Below are positions 40,439 to 51,568 of a stretch of DNA of 64,000 bases, piece by piece. The DNA lies in assembly GCA_965655095.1 (NCBI GenBank), contig OZ296659.1, positions 54,684,001-54,748,000 of the forward strand, written 5' to 3'. The translations under genes were made by a program, and so were the position numbers. The notes beneath the pieces are model-generated. The model worked only from the letters and a program-made list of their open reading frames with translations. It was not told where the DNA came from and did not search any database. Numbering within the stretch: position 1 is the first letter of the stretch; each line of letters begins with the position of its first letter. Origin of the DNA: Haplodiscus bocki. Lineage: Eukaryota.

Positions 40439-40440
<2 letters not shown>
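35352..40440 (+). mobile_element. 5.1-kb non-coding TIR element, copy 1, in (GTA)n
   Basis: Ends TTGTTATCGATGACAGTTTAAAG / CTTTAAATTGTCATCGATAACTA are inverted repeats. GTA repeats on both sides; no credible long ORF. Confidence 0.85.
37603..37917 (+). mobile_element. Short non-autonomous Helitron inside the 5.1-kb unit (also ~42846-43160)
   Basis: TCTATAAT start, GTGGC..GCGAAGC..GCCAC hairpin, CTAG|T end. Confidence 0.5.

Positions 40441-40500
<60 letters not shown>
40441..40500. repeat. (GTA)20 microsatellite spacer
   Basis: Perfect 60-bp GTA array between the two copies; a ~(GTA)12 array precedes copy 1 (35316-35351). Confidence 0.98.
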
Positions 40501-43500
40501 TTGTTATCGATGACAGTTTAAAGTCCTAGTAGTAGTTGGTAGCATGACACTTTAAAGCATCAACGACTTTAAATTGTCATTTTAAATTGGACCTGCCATT
40601 TTCAAAAATCTGAGCGGCTCTAACTACCAAATATTAACTTGGGTTGATTCAGAAAACCCGAAGACACTGTTTATAACTTTCGGAAAACTTCTGAAAAAGG
40701 TTTTTTTAAAAGTAGTAGATGACATTTTTTGGTGACAATTTGGATTTTCTGTTGGCTGGAGGGCCAATTTGAATCGTCTCCAAACCTTTAAAATGGACTT
40801 CACACCAAGTGAGTAGCAAGTGTATCTGTCGGTCATAAGTGACAGCTGTGACAAATAAAATCACAACAAGATATCACTTTTGACCAGCTTAATGTATTTT
40901 TAAAGATGCTCTCAGTTTGGAGATCGCATTGTGTCACCGATAACAAGCCCCCACGAAGAGAACATAGCCTCTGAAGGGTTTCGTAAATTTGTTAATGAAT
41001 ATACATGAATGGGATATTCCACAGGTCATTTTTCAGATAGCAGACCAGCAGTCAATCGCCCGTTTGTTCAAAAGTCACTTGATACGGTAATTGCACCATA
41101 CAGAACGCGAAAAGAACAAGTGCTTCCGAAACTGTGTCAAATATTTTATAGAACAAATTTCAAAATCCTGCCATCCATCATGGGACAACAACTTGGACTC
41201 AATTTCAGCGTTTCCATAGTAGTTGAAGTGTTGCAAAAATATCAGAAGCACCACGAAAAATCCGAAAGTACAAATTGCCATTAATTAAATGCTCATGAAT
41301 ATTATTATAAACCGTCAATGAAAACCCCGAGATGTCTCAGACATGATTACCTCTCACATGTTATAACGAAATTTTTGGAACACTTGCAGAATAATATGTC
41401 AAATTTCGATCGAAACGTTGAAAAAACTGCCATGAAATTCCAAATAAACTCTGTGATAAAACTCTGCGTAACATGGCTTAACTAAAACGATATTTTGAGT
41501 TTTTGTATATCCCAAAACCTTTTTTTTCACCTAACTTGAATGATCTGCGCTCCAACTCTGTTAACTCATTTAACTCTCTAAAACTGATCCAACTCTGTAT
41601 AACTGGTGATATTCTATATGTAAGAAAGCTCTAAGTATTGAAGATGGGTGAAATAACAAAGTAAAAAAGTGAACTAACAAAGTTAGTTCATTCGATTATG
41701 TATTAATTATATTTTATGACTATAAACTCTATAAAATTATAAAAAGATACGATAACTATAAAAAGAGTTTAACTATTCAGCCGCTTATATTTGAAGGCAT
41801 CCATTGCGGTGTATACATGTATTTTAGCCCGTTGAATAATTTTGCTTAATTTCTACGCGATGAATAGTCGCTTTTCTATTTGTTGGTCTGGCTATCACAC
41901 TACCTCCAGTAAACGTCATTTACAAACGAGATTTAAGAACATCATTGCATTAATTTCTGTAAAAGTTGTTGAAAATATTACGGATTAAAACAAAACAAAA
42001 ATTAACTCTAGTGAGGATCGAACTTGCAACCCTCTACTTCTTAGGCCAATTTACTTTCCACCACACCACAACACCTTATCAACTTGTCCTTCATTTCTAT
42101 ATTTTATTACAAACAACGCTGAATAAATGCTTCAGTATATGAGCATGTGTTTGAGAGACAAATATCGAATCTCTGCCTTTTATTTTTAAATACTCTTTGC
42201 CTCGATTGTTTGCCTTCATTTGTACGAAGTTCAGTACACCGAAAATTAATTATGGTTTGTAAAAAAACACAAACACACACTAAGCTGATCTTGAATAAGG
42301 TGTAATTAGGGTCTTCTCCGTTTTTTCCCCCCAGCGGATTATTTCCCCCCCCCAGTCGAAGCTGTAGCTGCTGCTACCAGTGTACATGTATTTATTCACT
42401 GAATACGTCTTTCGCGAGTCAGTAGACAGTGCACGCAATTCACAAATCTCAAGTACCTTCCAAGAAGCTGACTGCTTGCTGAAGCTAGTTAAAGTAAACA
42501 AACAGGTATTTGCAATAACTTTATTAAGCAGAAACTTGAACCATACTGCTCAGCTGAGCATATCAGCTAGGGGGGGGGGGGGGGGAATAATAATTTTGTC
42601 AGTAGGGCTGGGGGAAGAAATGGAAAAGACCCGTGTAATTTACATCTAAAGATGAAACACGAGCTCAAAGCTAGAAGCATATCAAGTCACTACCGTTGGC
42701 TCGGTTACAAAAAATATACAATCAACAAGTTAAGTCCATTTTTTATAAATGAAATGAGAAATTTATTTTTGTTCACTTGCCCACAAAACTTAATTATTTG
42801 GGAAAAATCTGGTCAACATACAATTAATGATAAAGGTCTATATGTTCTATAATTTAATAGGAGTAAGATTTGAACACGCCATGATGCGCGCTCTGATTCG
42901 ACGAAAATCCATGCTATTTTCGCGGCGTGGTTTTATAGTATGCTTGCTTGTAGACCCAAAGTTTAGCTGACAGCCAATCAGATTGCGAGAAAGTGGTTGA
43001 ACCGAAACGAAATCCAAACAGAACCGATTTTTTTGGAATTCAACTTTCTATCCAGCTCGGGACTAAAACAGGGGCTAATAAAATACTGCTAATTAGCGAT
43101 ATTTGTGGCCTTGAGTGATAGGTGGCGAAGCGAAGCGAGCCACTCGGCCCAGGAAGCTAGTATTTTTATAACTCCCACCTCACCATCCACTGATTGAATT
43201 TCAGAGCTAAAAATTTCACTGCGAGATTTCATATGAGAGTGAGAGATATGAACTATAGATTGCATCGTTAGAATAAAAACTAACTTATTGTTGGCTATTT
43301 TGACCAACTGAATAAATTCATCAAAAAACTGGTTATTGACGAATTTATTCCCTTTTTAAAAATATATATATATTCTGGATCAAGAATAAAGCAAAATTTG
43401 TTGCATATCAATATTAATGATTGAAACATTATCCGAAGTCGAAAGTCGACTCACAAGATTTGTAGACATTTTGTACAATTTTGGCTGAGGTTGGCGGTAA

Positions 43501-45689
43501 TTTACATTTTTGACCCACTGTACATGTATATGAATTTCCTGAAAAATTTCATTTTTTTTGGATCTTGAATTTTAATTTTAAATTTAATGCAAATTTTTTT
43601 CATAATACTCTTTATTTCAAAACAACTGCGCCATTTTTAACTTTTGCTGTATTGGTCCCAAAGTCTTGAAACAAAAACGATTGTAAACTAGATAGAAATC
43701 TAAGAAACTTTTCTCTCCACCAAAAGTAACCATTTCGAATAGTTTCAGGTATTGATGTCAAAGTTGGTCAATTTATGGATCGGATCTCCTTTTTTTAAAA
43801 CACTACTGTACATGTAGTGAACAAGCCATGTGTACATGTATTTAGTGTGACATGTAGTGACAGTGTAGTCACTACACAGTGTGTGAGCTGTGAACATGTA
43901 ATAATTAAACAAGCTGCTTGTAGTTAAACGTAATAACAAACACAGCTTCACTGTGAAGTGTGACTCTTTCACTAATTACACTTAATTAATAACTCACCGC
44001 TGAAAAACCAAAGATATTAATTTAATTATAAGATTTCACAAAATTATTTTCCCAACCTGATCTTCTGGATAGGTATTCAATACTTTGAAAATGAATCTTT
44101 CTTCCCATTACTGCTTCATTCCCATTCAATAAAAAAATACAATAATTTGATTCAAGAGAAATTAAATCAAAACAAACTCAAACTAGCTCCCCGTCCACTT
44201 CTTCAACCCCTCACTCTTCAACTCTTCAACCCCCCACCCCCCCCCCCCCACTTACACAGTATTTTTGGCTTTCAAACATTACGCAGCTTATTATTCCGCT
44301 TACGCATTATGATGTGGAAGGGGGGAGGAGGAGGGCTATGGGGAGTTAATTGGTGGGGTGAGGGGGTGGGGGGCAAATTTTCAGGACTATTTACAAAATA
44401 GGTGATAAAACAGCTATGAAGGAATGAATCTTTGGACTGAAATTGCAAAATTATTAGGAGAAATTTTCCAATCTCAATCTCTATCTCTCTCAACTACCCA
44501 TGCCCATGCTCTGCGACACATATGAGCAGAAAACGTAAAATTACGAAATTTTTAGGAAACGAAAAAGAGTATCATCATTCAATGCTAATTCAATGCTGAA
44601 AACTGGCGCCAATTTGAGGCCAACCAAAGAGGTCAGAAAATTTGAATTTCCGGCGCGAAAATTCGAAGAAAATTTCATTATTAATAATTTTGATTGCTCG
44701 TCATTTATTCCCTTTACTCAGAAAATAATTTTTATTCACATTTCTCCGAAAAATTTTAGACATTACTCCGAGAACCTAATGAAATTTTAGAAAGTTTATT
44801 TTTTCAGACAATGGAATAATAAAAATTGAGGGTAGTTGAATCCAGACATCACCCTTTTCTGCAACCCCCATTTCTGCAACACCCCATTTGTGCAACTCGG
44901 CTCCCCCATTTCTGCAGTTCTCCGCTTTCTGCAATTCTGCAACACGCTGCCGCATTTTCGAACCCCCCCACCCACACAGAGACACACACACGCACACACA
45001 CATTCGCAGACCCACTTCTTCAGTCTCTTCCACCGTAATTGTTCAATACCCACACTTGAGTGAAGAATTAACGAAAGGGGTGGGTGAATGAAGACACAAG
45101 CTAACAATGGGTGACGGAAGTGAGAAAACAATGGGGGAGTAAACCGACCGCCATTGACCTGTTTATGAATTCTCTCAGAAATTTCAGGGTTGAAGCAAAC
45201 GCGCCTACTTGTAGTGATGAGGAAAAGGAAGCATGACTGCTCTTCAAAAAACTGCAAGGGGATAGGTTCCAAACCGGAAGTGGGGAAAAGACGCAAGAAG
45301 GGGGCTACCAAATAACTGCCCTGCAATATCATCACGGGTCGACTTTTTTAGATTCGCCGTTGTTTTTCTAAGATCACCGGTAAATGTTCCCGTTTCATTT
45401 TTTCCAGTAGTGTGAATCCACTGTGGGATTTTCTTTAATCTCCGAACAAATGAGGTACCGTTTAATAGTAGAAGTTTTCCTTTTGACGTTTTTTGCCAAC
45501 CAATGAACCGTGCAGACTGTCTAAAATTTTAAAATGGCTGAGCTACCAACTCGGTAGTAACAACGAAATGACATTTTAAACCCTAATACCGGGTATTAAG
45601 TCCATTTTAAAATGTCATTAATGCCAATAGTGACACTTTAAAATGTCATGCTACCACCATATTTTCCTTTAAATTGTCATCGATAACTA
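40501..45689 (+). mobile_element. 5.1-kb non-coding TIR element, copy 2
   Basis: Near-identical to 35352-40440, same ends, head-to-tail. Confidence 0.85.
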
Positions 45690-46133
45690 GTAGTAGTGGT
45701 AGTAGTAGAGTCAAAACTTTCATCACAACTGTAATTAGTATGTGGTCCGTGTTCCTCTTCGGTTTCACTAAGAATAAAATGACATTTCCCTTGTGTACAA
45801 CGGCATCATCATCGCCAAAATTTGAAAGATTGTCAAAATCTACATTGTTGGATGATGAAAATTCATCGTCATCATCAGATCGCGGAATGAATCCAAGGTC
45901 GATTGAGCCTAAAACGTAATCAAAAACAAAATCATGAGCAAAACGACAAAACAAAAATTCGAAGCCGTACAGAAACTAGCAGAAAGTGGCACAACTGTAA
46001 CAGTGTCCTTCTCGCTTTTTGCGGGTTCCTTGTACGATGGTGATATACAAGGAGAAACTCGTCTTCGTCGCGTCCATATTGTCGTCAGAGCTTTCTGACT
46101 CCGCGCAAGCGCTGGGCAAATCTGTAAGAACAT
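45690..46133 (-). pseudogene. Acidic ORF downstream of pPolB; its C-terminus continues at ~35243-35315 beyond the insertion
   Basis: IDLGFIPRSDDDDEF (compare APDPGF in the second Polinton). Joining the flanks gives ...DESFDSTTTTTT|NLHDDDDTELCVVEEQDVENQEY*. Confidence 0.65.
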
Positions 46134-46181
46134 GAGAGGATTAGGACACTTTTCAAAAATTGCAAATTCAATGATGAAATG

Positions 46182-49100
46182 TTATGTAGTACTTGTTTGG
46201 TTGAGGGAGTAATGACCGTGAGCAAGGGGTTGAAGTCCACCTTCCAATACAAAACGTTTGTCGTCGCATGCACTCAAAGCAATTTTTTCTTCGAGTCAAA
46301 ATAATTTGATGCTGTTGCGAGTGAATTTGAAGCACAGATCTCTCAAGATTGTTTTTTCCGCCAGAACTTCAGTGAAGAAATCGTGATGTAGTTTTTTGAC
46401 AACCTTTTGGATGCATCTGGCGCTCTGTTTCAAACCTAATACTTTATAGCTTGGAACGAAGGCAGGTGCACTCAAGCATCACTTTTCCATTCAATTCGTC
46501 TTTCATTGCGAGAGGAACTTTTTGTTGCTGAGGTCAAAAAACTTGTGCGTTTTCGGATAATCAGAGAGGTCGAGCAAATTCTTGAAGGATTCCATGTCTG
46601 AGCACAAGTCGTCTGTTTGAATACGGTACAAAAGGGACTAGGTCTTTATAAACAACTGTGAGGTTGCTTCCAAACCTTGCGTCATTACATCGTAATGGAG
46701 GTCGTACAGAACTATTTGGGAAAAATTTTTATTGCTGCTCGGACAGGTGTGGTTTTAATCCAGAAAATTGACGAATGCGTTAAGTTGAGAGATACTAAAG
46801 TGTAGTGAAAAAATTGGAAAGCTAGGAAGTCGGGTTTGAGTGTGCACAACTTGGCCTCCATTGGAGTAGACAAAAACTTGGTTTGTGTACGGTTTCTCAG
46901 ATTATCCATTAATTTGCCAAAACAAGCGTTTGAGAGCAGTTTGGAAAAAAAATGTCGAAGTCAGTTTGGGAATTTTTCCTCATTTCGGTATTTTTTGAAA
47001 TATATGTCCCCAACCAACAGCTTCGGTCAAACTGTAAAACGCGATGCAGTTTGGTTACTGTTAGGCCTTGTTCGACATAAAACTTCAAGTTTCAAAAGTG
47101 GCAAACGTAGAAAAAACTATCAAAAAGGGTTTCAACAAGTTTCGCTACCCCTGAAGTCGGGTAGCCAAAAGATAGAGCATAGTCTGACAACCATTCACTT
47201 ACATTCAACTTTTCAGCAGCCAAAGGAAAACCGTCATGAAAATCGTGTAAACTGCTGGGGTACTGCAGGTCATTTTCGACAAAAAAAAATCCACACCACT
47301 AAAGGAGTCGGTATACAAAACATCATCGATCATCAAGTCTGTTCCCCATTTATAATTACCCAATGGAAGAGGTTGTTGCATTGTTCCGGCATATAAGGAG
47401 GTGACATCAAAAAAAGCGCCATACACGGAAGGCTTGGAGGAATCGATATTTGTCATATATTTATTGTTAGCTTTGAAGTGTCTCATCAAGGCACCGTTTC
47501 CATTGATACCGCCACGTATAGCTCGTTCACAAAAAAGAAGCATGTCAATATCAGTCAAAAGTCCGAGTTCCACTTTAGTACCGATGAGCATTCCTTCCCA
47601 GCTGAAATTTGAAGCCAAAGAGAAAAGAGCGGGATCGAGTTGATATTCCTTCCAGTCAACTTCGCGATACCTGCGAGAAGATAGACATCAAGAGTCAAAT
47701 ACAGGTCAAGATATTCACCAAAGTTCTTGCAACCCATCAAATCGTAGATTTCTTTTCCTTTTTGATAATGCACTTCGGTAATATCAACTTTCCCCGTTAG
47801 GTTAATTGTCCAAGAACTTCCATAGTCAGGGAACGGCGAATCAAACTTTTCAAAACTATCCAAAAAAACTGTGAGGGAAGTAACCCTTTACTCGAGGTTT
47901 TTCAAAATTATCATCGCTCAAAGATCAAAATTTTCGCCACAGGTACAGAAGCTCAGAAGTCGCCATTGTCTTTGCTAAACCTTCAAGAATTTGAGACATG
48001 AATTGAAAGCTGTCCAGAAACCTGATTTCGCTGTATCAAGGAACAACTCTCCCGTCTTTGCACGTGTACTGTGAAACTTTCATGCGAAGACTAAAGGAGA
48101 TATAAACCTCATCTGTGCGGCTGATGGCTGAAAGTTTCTCATCTATCAACAAAATCAGTTGCTTTACAATGTGGTGAGTGTCATACCTCTCGAGATTATG
48201 GAAAAACACTGGAAGGAAGCGTTTAGTTCTTGCTTGGAGATTGCATTTCGAGGGAGCAACACCAATGATTTTTCGTGAAGAATGACAGTGATGAACAACT
48301 GAGCATGTTTGAACCACTTCACCGCAGATGCAACATTTTGCTCCGTTTGCTGTCTCAGTCATCTGCTTTTGCTGTTGAGTGCTGAGAACATCACTCAGAT
48401 ATCTGTATTTTTGACTTTCCGAGTCACACCACGCAAGCCACCTTCGATGCAGATTCATCAGTTTACTGATACAGTCTTCGCCACGACAGAAGGATTCTGC
48501 AACAACAGAGTTTGTTCGACAGTCAACGGGAAAATCAGCGTAGCTTGCAAGATATTGCTTTTCAAAAATAACAGTCTTTTTCTCTTTTTCTATATCTGCT
48601 GGAACGTTTAGCGCTTCCAAGTCGGCATACCCAACAAACGGACATTCTCGGGTCTTTTCCCAATTGTCGAACTTCAAGTTTTTTATCTCCGTTGGGAATA
48701 ACAATTCTCAATGGCTGGTTGTCCTCGCGCAGTCTGACATGATCACGGTACTTAACTTTCCCAATTGATTGCATACATTTAACGCAAAATTTCGTTTTGG
48801 GACCTTTCATAGCTTCCTGCGGAGAAAGGCACAAGCTATGCATGAAATGTTGAAAACTAGTTATGAGACAATCATGAGAGTTAAGACCGTCTGTTAGCAG
48901 CAAGAGAAACACTTCGAATTTTGGCTTTTACTTCACTTCGATGACAACATATTAGGCTTCCCTTTTCATCGAAATTGAACATTGTTATCGAAAGTTGGTT
49001 TTTATTCTCAAACTGTGCAATAACGCTTCAACTAGTTGGCATGGCAGATTTGTCGAAAACAAGTCGATTGAATTTATCTTTGTACATGGATGGTCTCTCG

Positions 49101-49994
49101 ATTTAATTTACAGGGGTACAGAAAAGCCAGCATGCAGATAGAGCAAAAATTGTCGAACAGGTTATTGATATTGAGGAGGCTGCGGCGTAAACTGGAAGGT
49201 TTAGCAGGCATTGGCAGTTAAGAACTATTAGCAAGCGATTTGGTTTTACAAATCTTGATGTCCAAGCATATAAGCTTTTTAAGTACCCAAGCTGAACCAC
49301 CAGAGCAGAGAACGTTCAGCTGCCTCAAGACTTGGTCTACCAGTTCATTAAAATCATCATTGATAGACTCCACCACACGCATTAGGCGCGAAGAAAAATG
49401 AGGGTACACGCTATCCGCATCCATGGCTATCGAAAATTTAACTTGAAGACAAAGACTAACACGCGATATGCTTTGACTAGTTATTTCCCAACCAATGAGG
49501 GCGGCAATAGTTGCACGATTTCTCATGACAAAGACATCAGATCGACATCCTTTTGTTGGACGTTCAGCCTCGAAACTTTGAAGTGAGAATTAAGGGCTGA
49601 AACAACTTTTAAAACTTGTGGCACGGAGACCCAATTGGCTTCTTTTCTCAATCGAGAGAATGGAAGGGTACTTGTGCGAAATATGATTTTGGAGACGATT
49701 CATTTCCATAAAATTTGGAACATGCATTGCAGGGCATAATTTTGGAAAGCTTATGAACATTGCGAAGGTGCCATAATAAATTATTCGAGGCAGTGAAGCT
49801 ACTATTACAATGCCCACAGATGAATGTATATAGCTCAGGCTCACGCCGATGAGTTTCCCGAATATGCGTAGATAGCCCTGGTTTGTTTGGGGATGAGAAT
49901 GAGCAGCCAGGGCAGAGAAACATTTTGCAGAATACCTCAGGGATGAGAATGAGCAGCCAGGGCAGGGAAACATTTTGCAGAATACCTCATTCAT
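46182..49994 (-). pseudogene. Protein-primed family B DNA polymerase (pPolB) with N-terminal C2H2 fingers and endonuclease VII-like insert
   Basis: FICGHCNSSF..NLLWHLRNVH; GGSAW; YADLEA (ExoI); CCICG..VVHHCH..CNL; FFHNLERYDTH; IRGGI; FDVTSLY (motif A); KLLSNACFGK (motif B); degenerate YxDTDS (motif C); KIALSACDDKRF..LAHGHY*. Confidence 0.95.
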
Positions 49995-50541
49995 ACATCA
50001 CAGGAAGCAAGAAAATGATCAGTCAAAACGTTTGACTGTGAAAAGATCAATAAAAACATTCGCAACTCGGAACTTTTTTAAACTATTAATCTTTTTTTTT
50101 CAACCATCAAGAGCTAGTTTATTACTTTAAGTAACGGAGCTTGGCAGCTGTTCTTGGTAGATAAATGGGTCTCTAAATCTATATAGTGGCTATTGACTAG
50201 TTGAACCTAAATCGAAGTCCAATCTTATCAAAGTTGTATGCTTCATATAAACCGAAACTGTCCACAAGATCTGAGAAAATGTCTCAGGCGGGGCAAGCAT
50301 TTCACACTAACAAGGGAAAACCCGGGTCTCCTTTTTTCCATTTTGGGTTATGGACTGCCTCAGGATAATAAAATATACTGGTTTTGTTCAAACCGAAGTC
50401 AAGATAGGGATAATCGCCTGTCTGGGTGAAGGTATATAAGAAGGTGCCATACTACAGCACCATTATAGGACTGAACTAGAGTTAAATAATTTTAATAGAA
50501 TCTATCAGCTCTCTATCCATCTACTGCCTACATTTTAAAAA

Positions 50542-51568
50542 ATGGACCGTTTTCTAGCAATTATTTTTCACGAATCTCGAGAAGTCACAGTTCTTGAAAT
50601 TGGCAACGAAGGCAACCCGGAGGAAATAAACATCAAAGTACTGAAGAAAAGGGTCGACGAAATTGGTGAAGCCGGTAGTCAATGGGACTAAGGGCACATT
50701 CCCTCAAAAAACGTTCACCAATTTGATGCGCATCAACAGGACGAATTTTTTTCAATGCTGGGAATGTCTGAGGTGCCGGAGGACATGAAGGTTCCATCGC
50801 GGCCGGACGATGAGGTCGGTCTCCAGAATGAATCCCGGTTCACAACAGCAATCTTCTTGACAGCGATGAATAAACAATCAGGTGAGATGAATTAAATTCC
50901 ACAAAACCTAACTCAAAGTCAAAACATTGAAGATAATGCTAGCAAGGCAGAACAAAGACTTTTGTAACTATAAGTGATAAAGCATTCATCTTTAAAGGAG
51001 TATTATACTGAAGCTTCAACATTAGTTCACAAATATTGATTGAATTGAATGTTTAGGGCAAAGAACGGCATTTCGAGCGTGTGTCAATATTTTGAACAAC
51101 AACTGCCATACCAGGAAGTCGGTGTATGTGACCCTAAGAGAGTTCAAATAAGAAGCTGAATTCTCACAATATACGAGCGCCGGGCAGGTCATCATTCTGC
51201 ACCACTGCTAAATGATGAAACTTATACAAGAATACAATGCATACACAGATGCGAGAGTGGGACGACTAGAAGAGGATGCCGCGGATGAGAAAATCGGCGG
51301 CGGCGAGGAGGAGGAGGAGGAGGAGGAGGAGGAGGAGGAGGAGGAGGAGGAGGAGGAGGAGGAGGAGGAGGAGGAGGAGGATGAAGAAAGGCCTTACGTT
51401 GTTTTTAGGCCGCCATCAAAAAGGCCACGAAAGCCAACTGCGACCGCAACAATCAAGAGAATTACCAAAAAGACACCCCTTAAACAGATAGAAAGCGTGG
51501 CGTCAAGCTCTACTGCCACAAATCTGCCACAGGAAACTCCAGAATTTACGCTTGACAGCCATGAATAA
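50542..51568 (+). pseudogene. Two-exon Polinton accessory gene with poly-Glu tract
   Basis: ATG 50542; G|GTGAGA..TTTAG intron 50882-51056 whose removal keeps the frame into the poly-Glu ORF; three in-frame stops. Confidence 0.55.
51306..51380 (+). repeat. (GAG)~25 microsatellite
   Basis: Perfect GAG run encoding poly-Glu. Confidence 0.97.

Noticed and set aside
49891-49989. 50-bp tandem duplication at the pPolB start (similar small duplications at ~1042-1076, 51540-51611 and 56231-56310)
   Set aside because: Ordinary slippage duplications in decaying sequence; no sign of function.
51276-51491. Poly-Arg protamine-like ORF
   Set aside because: Alternative frame of the (GAG)n tract; the poly-Glu frame is the one continuous with the upstream exon.
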